Source: the human T2T-CHM13v2.0 reference genome, Homo sapiens
Strand: one strand, 5' to 3'
DNA length: 64,000 bases
Assembly (NCBI RefSeq): GCF_009914755.1
Contig: NC_060932.1
In this document: one piece after another, positions 55,669 to 64,000 of the stretch
Layout: each line of letters begins with the position of its first letter
How positions within the stretch are numbered: position 1 is the stretch's first letter
The notes under the pieces: model-generated
What the model saw: only the letters and a program-made list of their open reading frames with translations
The model's database searches: none
What the model was told of the DNA's origin: nothing
Position numbers and translations under genes: made by a program

Positions 55669-56601
55669 TTCCAACCTTTGTTTTAGTTTTAAGGGGTTCA
55701 TGTGCAGGTTTGTTATGTGGGTAAATTGCATGTCACTGGGGTTTGGTGTACAAATGATCCTGTTCTCAGGTAGTAAGCACAGTACCCAAAAGGTAGTTTT
55801 CCAAATCTTGTCCCCCTCCCTTCCTCCCTCCGTAGTAGTCCCCAGGGTCCATTGTTGCCATCTTTATGTCCATGTGTTTTCAGTGTTTAGCTCCCACTTA
55901 TAAGTGAGAACATACAGTATTTGATTTTCTGTCCCTGTGTTACTTTGCTTCAGATAATGGCCTCCAGCTGCATCCATGTTGCTGCAAATGACATGATTTC
56001 ATTATTTTTCATGGCTGCATAGTATTCCATGGGGTATATGTACCACATTTTCTTTATCCAGTTCACCAGTGATGGGCCTCTAAGCTGATTCCATGTCTTT
56101 GCTATTGTGAATAGTGCTGTGATGAACATACGTGTGCATGTATCTTTTTGGTAGAATGATTTATTTTTCTCTGTATATATACCCAATGATGGGATTGCTA
56201 GTTTGAATGGTAGTTCTGAGTTCTTTGAGAAATCTCCAAATTGCTTTCCATAGTGTCTGAACTAATTTACATTCCCACCAACAGTGTATAAATGTTTCTT
56301 TTCTCCATGACCTTGCTAACATCTGTTAGTTTTTAACTTTTAAATAATAGCCATTCAGACTGATGTGAGATTATACCTCGTTGTTTTGATTTGCATTTCT
56401 CTAATGACTAGTGATGTTGAGCTTTTTATATATATATTTGTTGGCTGCATGTATATCTTCTTTTGTGAAGCATCTGTTCATGTCCTTTGCCAATTTTAAA
56501 CAGACAACACACAGAATGGGAAAAAATATTCACGAACTATGCAGCTGATAAAGCTCTAATATCCAGAATCTATAACAAACATAAAAAATTCAACAGCAAA
56601 A
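55669..56601 (-). mobile_element. L1PA15/16-like element with 5' inversion
   Basis: ORF 55950..56186 resembles the L1 ORF2p C-terminus (DTCTRMFITALFTIAKTWNQ); orientation flips at about 56498; candidate TSD atcaaaaaat. Confidence 0.9.
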
Positions 56602-56772
56602 ATCAAAAAATGTTTAGCCTTGGACCTTATGTTGTTGGGCTGCTCAGGACTAGAAAAAATGCAGGAACTTGGGCATTGCACGTAGTATAGTGAATTAGGA
56701 CTCTGGTTTTGGTTGCCCTGGGGCTGGTCTCATGCCCCACGCAGGAGGCTCACACGCACACAGACTCCTCAC

Positions 56773-56896
56773 CATTTCCTCAATTCTTCCCCTCCTCCAA
56801 AGGGACTCAGATAAAGCATAGACCTGAATGAAACAGTCTTGATTCTGTGGGGGTAATTTCCTCTACAAAAACAGACCCATATCCAAACCACTGGGG
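56773..56896 (-). other. Candidate exon, 124 nt (minus-strand transcript)
   Basis: Strong acceptor tttgctcttttctcttcttcag|C and donor ATG|gtgagg; non-repeat; open frame PVVW...LRK. Confidence 0.45.
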
Positions 56897-58537
56897 CTGA
56901 AGAAGAGAAAAGAGCAAATTTACCCACTTTTGCTTAGATTGTCCTAATCGATAAGACAAAACACACCTATGTAGCTCCCGCTCAGGAGTAAAAAAGAAGA
57001 AAAGGAAGGCTGCCAACTCTATGGCACCAAGTATCTCATATATGCTATGTGCTGATATATTAGGGGTGTTGTTCCATTAATACACAACATAAAAAAGAAT
57101 TAAACCTATTAAGAGGATTTATTCTATATTATCATTTAATTACCAACATGTCTCTATGTTCAATTCTACTGCTGTCGTTTCATTAGACACATGCACTGAG
57201 ATTTTGTAGTTAAAACTCTCCCAGGTAACACAGTGCTTAGAGGATTTGATTAGCATTTTTATCTTTCTTTCCCTCATTGAAAGTAAAATAACCTATCTTT
57301 GTATGTACATCAAAAATAGTAGTCTCCTCCCTGAGTCTTTTTTGCACAAACACTATTCACCACAATTTATGCAAGTTGCCTGAGGGGAGAGTTTCACCTT
57401 GCACAATTCTATTGGAGGATGCTACAGCTTGACATTGAACATAATATGGATTCTCTTGCACCAGTATACATTGTTTAGGAATTAAGAGGTTTGGGGTCAG
57501 ATTAACCTGATTTCTAGCTTCAGCTTCACCACTAACTAGTTGCACCTCTGGAAAATTACTCAACTTTTGTGTCATTTTTGCATTTATAAAATTGGGACTA
57601 TTATGAGAAACAGTGACCAAACACGTGAAGTGGTTAGCATAGCATCCGAAACATAATAAGTGGTCATTTTTACCACTGGGAGAAGATTGAGCAGGGCTAG
57701 TTATGTTTCTTTTGAAAGAAAAAGTGTCGCCTGTGGGTGTTATAATAATTGGTTTTTAACAAATGAAATGACAGTCACTTTGAGAAAAAAGGAAGTCATC
57801 ATCTCACAATTTAAAAAAGTAAAAACCACACTGGAACAACACTGGGTGATTAACTAAAGTTGGTGATGTCTTTTCAGTGCAGGAAATTTCTAAAGTAAAT
57901 GTTTCAGAAGTTTCTATTCGGGCATTCTCTCTTCTTCAGGGTCCTCCCCATATCACCAAGCACAATTAGCATCTGACCACACTAAACTTCGTGGCACCAT
58001 CGCATTCTACTCCTGTTTGTTACATGTCTGTTTCCCTAAACTACTTTGGCATATATCCATAGTGACCTCTGCTGTGTTTGGCACATGGTAAGAGCACTTA
58101 GTTACAAGTTTTTAGTGTCATCAGAAAGACTTTTGTAAAATGCCAAAACTGTGACATCTCTTCAGTGCTTCAGTATTCAATTCCAAAATAATAGGTGAGA
58201 TATTTATTTTTTCCTCATAAAGTGTTAGTATTTTTTAACCTGCTAAGATACATGCTCTCACTTATTACAAAAATGATTACATCAGACAATCGTACAACTG
58301 AGCCTTTAAAAACAAATTACCTGTAACAGAAATGCTCAATTTGAAAATCCAATGTTTTCCCCAAATAGTTCTTTAGCAAAATTTTTTGCAGCTAAAACTG
58401 TCAGATTTTAGGAGCTCCACACATTAAAATTATTGATTTCTCCCCTCAGATTGCCATGTTAATAAATATTAGATTTGAGACTGACAACATGAACATTGGA
58501 CCACAATGTATTCCAGTAAAGAGTGGTAAGGAGTGTG

Positions 58538-58540
<3 letters not shown>

Positions 58541-58575
<35 letters not shown>
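58541..58575. repeat. Perfect (AC)17 microsatellite
   Basis: Direct count. Confidence 0.97.
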
Positions 58576-58576
<1 letters not shown>

Positions 58577-59619
58577 TCAAACTCCAATACATTCCAATAT
58601 AGCAACCAGGTAATCATGAATTGGATCTTATACAGGAATATCCAGGGCTTTACTGCCAGGTTGTTAGAAGGGTGTTATCACTAATAAATCTTAATTCTTC
58701 AAGTATTTCCAAACACAAGATATCTCTCTGTGTTTGATCAGAGCCAATTAAGTGATTCACATGATGGAAATTTTCATTGCTAAATCAAGATAATTCATTA
58801 TTTATCTAAGGAGATCTATAGGGGGAAAAGACTGTATAGGCTAAAAATACTTAGGTCTTCTTTTCCTTTTATTTTTTAAAAGCTAAATTATTATTCACCC
58901 TGCCTTGCCATCAAATTCTTTCAAAATCTTACTTTCCTATTTTTCCTTTTAAGAGACTCTAAACATCCTGTTTTGTGGCATCTTATTAAAAGAAGTGAAA
59001 TCTATTTTTAAAACATGGAATTTTGTGTTTAAAGACCTAAACCTCTAAAGAAAAAAGCAAGATGGGAAAAGGAGATGCTAGCTGACCCAAATAGATACAC
59101 GTGTTATAGGGCTGCTGTGATTAAAATGATGTGGTGTTGGCATTTGTTCAGGGAGACAGTGCAGTAGAAGAAAGTACAGTATCCAGAAACAGACACAATT
59201 GCTTTAGTATTCAATAAAGGTAGAGTCACAAAACAAGTGGAAAATATCAGCATTTTAATTGATGCTGCGGGAATAACTGAATAGCAATATGAAAAATAAT
59301 AAAAGTTGAATCTATTTCTGACAACAAACATCTGGGAAAATTCCAAAGTAATTAGAAATTTAAATGTAAAAAATAAAATTACATAAATACAAACATTTGT
59401 GAATTTCCTTATAACCTAAAAGTGAAGAAAACTCTCCTCTCATTTAAAATCTAGATGAAATAAGGAAAATAATTATTAAATTTGACTGCATAAATGCTAA
59501 AACATATGCTAACCTCACAGGCAAAATTAAAATAAAAGCACAATCCTATTTTAAAATTTTAATATAAAGAGATAGTCTCTAGAAAAGTCAATGCAAATGA
59601 TCCCCATATACTTAAAGCT

Positions 59620-59705
59620 TTCTTTTTTAAGAGATGGGCCTCACTATTTTGTCCAGTCTCAACTCCCAAGTAGCTGGGAATACAGGTGCACACCACTGCC
59701 CCGGT
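59620..59705 (-). mobile_element. FAM/FLAM-like Alu monomer fragment
   Basis: gagatgggcctcactattttgtccag..ctcccaagtagctgggaatacaggtgcacaccactgcccgg. Confidence 0.7.
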
Positions 59706-61109
59706 TATGACTCTTAAATATAGGAGGCTCATAATTAAGAGAATAACTCACAATAAAAGAAATACTAATTGACATTATACCGATATACTATGTTTTATTT
59801 ATCAAATTGATAAAAAATCAGGAGTTTAACAACACATTTACTGGATAAGGCTAAGGGGGCATAGGCTCATAGGCATTACTAAAAAGAATGCAAAATGTTC
59901 TAAACCCTATTGAGGGCAATTTGACATTACTGAGAGAAATTACCTGTGTATAATATTTGCTCCTTCTCTAGGAATCTATCCTGAAGATAAAATGGTAAAA
60001 CATGAAAAGATGTATAGATGCAGCTATTTATTACATATTTTGTAGTGACAAAAGCCACAGACAATCTAAATATGCATCAATAATAGATGAATTAAATTAA
60101 CCCTGGTGTACTTATAATGGAACACTATACAGCCATAAAAGAAACATTTAATAATGAATATTTTCTTATATGTGATCTCCAGAATATTTGTTAAGTGAAA
60201 ACAGCAAGTTGGAGAAGCAATGTGCATATATACACCATATTACAATTTATCTAAGGAAGGAAGTATATGTATGTGTCTGTGTGTGCATATGTGCACACAA
60301 TGGGAGATTAAGCTATTATTAAAATTATCACTTGTATGAGATGAAAGTTAACATGTAGAGGAGACACAGTTAGAAGTCAGGGGCAGGAAATTAACAAGAC
60401 AAACCTGAATATTTTGTCATTCCAGAAAGCAAAGAAGTTATCAAAAATTATTGGAATAGTGTCAAAAGGACTCATGATCCAACTTGAAGTGGCTCCCACT
60501 GTACAAAGATGAGTCATCTGTAGTACCAATAGAGTAATTACATAACTGGATTGAAACAAATCAAATACGTTACAAATCCAGGAATTCACAATGATCAATT
60601 TTTTTTAATTGATCACCTTTGGAGGATGCTAGGAAACCATCTCATGATTCTGAAAACTGGTAAATAAAGGGAAAGAATCATGCATATAATTTATCTTTCC
60701 AGTAAAAACTGTACCTCAGTGTATTCAAAACATTGATAAGATAAAACTCCCTGTGGAAGTATTCCACTTAGCAAATAATGACGTAATAAAAGCATTCGAA
60801 TATTAACATTTTGCAAACCCCTAAGTAAATGCTGGATCTGAGAAATGATCCTCAATGGCAGCTAACACAACAGTAGACAACTGGACATTAGTCAACACTT
60901 GATGGAAGTTTAGAATAGCACCTATGAAGTAGTCTTGACAAAAATATAGCCCAAAAATGATCATGCCTCTTGATCTCACAACCAGTACAGGAAACACAAC
61001 GGAGCTGAGGAACAGGCATTTTTAAAATGCGACTGCAATCAGAAATATCCCAGAAATAAGAAAATGCACAAGGAAAATTACTCAGTTTTTCCAGCTAGTC
61101 AATTTCAAG

Positions 61110-61123
61110 TATAGATAGATGAT

Positions 61124-61162
<39 letters not shown>

Positions 61163-61178
61163 GATAGATAGACAGATG
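61110..61178. repeat. Compound (GATA)n STR, core (GATA)9 at 61124-61159
   Basis: Direct count. Confidence 0.95.
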
Positions 61179-64000
61179 AAAGAGTAAGCTATGAAAGAAA
61201 AGAATCCATAAGAGACCTACCAACAAAATGTGATATGTGCACTCTGTTTGGATCCTAAAAGAAATAAACCATCGCAATAAAATCTATGAACAAAACAAAA
61301 CATGTATGACAAAAATATGGACTAGGTATTTAATGATGTTAAGGAATTACTGGGTTTTTTTTCTGTTTTGTTTTGTCTTTTGTTTTATTATGGACATGGC
61401 AGTATGCTATGATCTTTAACAAGAGTTCTTTTCTTTTAGAGACACATAAGTATTTATGGATGAAATGTTATGAAATCTGAGTTTTGCTTCAAAACAATTC
61501 TGGGGGAAGAGATAGTAAGTAAGAACGTACAAACAAACACAAGTGTGGCTGCGAGCTAGCAAGTGTTGAGACTGAATAATAGGTACATGCAGGTACATTA
61601 TACTTTTCTTTCTACAATGTGTGCTTCAAATGATCCATAAAAATGGTTTTAAAAAGACCTACAAATCCTGGATACACCATTTCTGACTATTTAATACTAA
61701 GCAAGTCACTTACACATTTTGAGCCGCCACTTTCTTATATGTAAAGATAATGTAATATTAACAATTTTATTTATTGGTTTGCCGCTTTTACTATTGGACC
61801 TTGATAATGGTTAATTGAAAAGAGGAAAAGGTTTTGGAAGCAAAAGAGACCCTCTTTTAAATATCTGTTATTATTTTGTGGCATTAGGCAAGTACTCAAC
61901 TTCTCTGAGCCTTTTATTTTGGGTAAATTGGGGATAATACCAGCATCTTATCATTGTTAGGAGAACTATGTAAAGTTGGCATTGTATAAATAACACTCTC
62001 TATTCCATTAAAGCCATTTGGATTCAAAATTGGAAATACTTACTCTCCTGATAGGTTTATTTTCATTATTATTGTACTAATAGTCTTTCTTAAACTATTA
62101 TTTAAATACATTTTTATGATCAGACTCCAGACCCCCTAAAAGAGATCATTCATATCCTCCACCTCATGGAAGGTATATTGCACATAGGTGGAGGTCCGTA
62201 AATTTTGATGAATTAAATTCCTTAAATAAATTAGATGCTGCCTTTACAGACTGATTAATCTCCTGAAACCACTGACGCTGAACTCTGTTGTCATCATTTT
62301 TCAATATTTAAGTAGTCCCTTAAAATCTTAGATTCTTTCCTGAACAAACCATAACGTGGCAGGTAAAAAGTAGAACAGTATTTGTAGCCCAGGTTTAAAA
62401 ACACAATTAATTGGGTGATATATTGCCATGTGATAAGCTATATGATAACCGTTAGCTCCAGGCTTGTCGGTTCCTACATGCAATCACAAACACATCAGAT
62501 TCCTCAGTAAAAAATTAAATCAGGTTCATAATGGTCAGGAAAAATGAGTAGACTCCAAAAGAGAATGGACTTCAGAAGACCCTATTTGAGGCAATAAACA
62601 AACCAAGCTCAAATGTAGTTAAAAATATTCTCACTAGAGAGGAAAAACTCAATTCCAGTATTGTGACAACACGGTGACAGCATGGTTTTTACTTCTGAGG
62701 GTTGTAATGCCCTTTTCTCATAAAACCTGGAGAAAGCCAAAAGCAGTTCAATTAAAGTGTCTGAATGTGTTCATCTGTTATCTATAGCTCAGTGGGACAG
62801 CTCAGCTGGGGTCTACAGAGTTTAGCTGTGTACTTTTACTAGAATATTCCCTAAAGCTTCTCTGAAGCTATTAACTGTACAGGTCACTGTAGTAAAACTC
62901 ACTCCTCAGTGTCTCTCTTGACATTAGCAAGCAAACACTAGAGTGCAGTGCAGAGTAAAGGGAGATTTTCTCTCTAATTAAAAAGAAGTTCATGATCTGT
63001 AATTTCAAAGTCCATCAAGCATAATCCTATAAAAATATATGCCTTATGCATGAGGTTATAGGATTTATATCAAAAAATAAAATTAAGCTTATTTTATACC
63101 TTCCAAATTGAAACATTTGAAAGGAAATCGTTGCAACATCATTAGTTTGCCATAGGGTGATGCATTCATATGTTGCAAAACTAGTTCTGCACTCCAACCT
63201 TTAAAGTCTCCACACAATTGTGTATGTCAAAATATATTTGATGCTGTAACTCACAATTTTATTAACATTCTTAGTTTCCATTAAGTATTTTACATATTGT
63301 TATATGGATATTCTATTTTATCTCCTAGAAAAGTGAATGCTTAAAAAGGGATATAGACGAATTATAATATATCCCGTTAAGGTTTTCTTCAGATTACAGT
63401 ATTACATTCTAAAGTAAGTTGAAATATCCCAGGGATTTCAATAAATAAAATTTCCTATTATTTTTATGGCTTTAAATAGGAAGGAGAGTTGAGAATACAT
63501 CTGTGAGAGAGCAAAACATAAACCCACTATGGTCCTAATGTTGGCATATCAAGAAAACTCTCTGTGTGATTATTTAAAGAAAGAGTCTGAGCAAATGCCT
63601 ACAACTATTTAAGAGAGGCTGCATTCACTGCAACAAACTAGAGTTTATTTCTTTTCAGGAAAAAAAAAAGATCTATTAAAAGTCATTGTAAGATTTTTCA
63701 TCTATGAAATAAGAATCATAATTCTCACCATACATACCACAGTAGATTTTTGTGACATTAAAAAATGAGCTAGTGTATTGTAAAACACAAAGCAACATAA
63801 AAATGTAAGTGATAACCAAGAGGATGATCATTTTCTGTTTATAGCCAAAAATAGAGAGATGTCACACTCAGCATGTAACAGAGTATTTAGCACATTAAGT
63901 GTCTACCATTTTTTTAAGTGAAATATTAATCAATGTTTGGCAGACACACTGTCAAATGTACAAAATTAAACGCAAAATGAGCCTGAAGCATCTATTAGTG

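Larger units (their letters stand above)
59040..61655 (+). mobile_element. Old L1M relics (ME-type, then L1MC4-like 3' UTR)
   Basis: ORF2-like gctgtgattaaaatgatgtggtgttggc; L1MC-like gtcaaaaggactcatgatccaacttgaagtggctcccact. Confidence 0.75.

Noticed and set aside
55950-56186. Protein-like ORFs at 55950, 55151, 20225 and 22833
   Set aside because: Remnants of L1 ORF2p in truncated, decayed elements, not host genes
62156-62193. 9-bp inverted repeat cctccacct / aggtggagg
   Set aside because: Short, long spacer, overlaps an L2-like end; expected by chance

Overview
AT-rich, CpG-poor primate (human/great-ape-like, AluY present) genomic DNA with no CpG island and no recognisable protein-coding gene. 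It is dense in interspersed repeats: five Alus plus a FLAM-like fragment, about 20 solo LTRs or LTR fragments (MaLR, MLT2, ERV1, ERVL), many L1 and L2 relics, Tigger3/MER2/MER3/MER103 DNA transposons, MIRs and microsatellites. Repeat names come from remembered consensus sequences, so subfamilies and old-element boundaries are approximate. Most ORFs in the track are repeat-derived or random. The most notable non-repeat signal is three minus-strand exon candidates (56773-56896, 51476-51609, 39326-39524) with good splice sites that join in one open frame (109 aa from the first ATG), suggesting a spliced lncRNA or de novo small ORF. Other observations are two long near-perfect hairpins (27788-27824, 47615-47713), a patchwork templated insertion copied partly from a nearby MER2B (31971-32063), and rearranged L1s including a twin-priming inversion.
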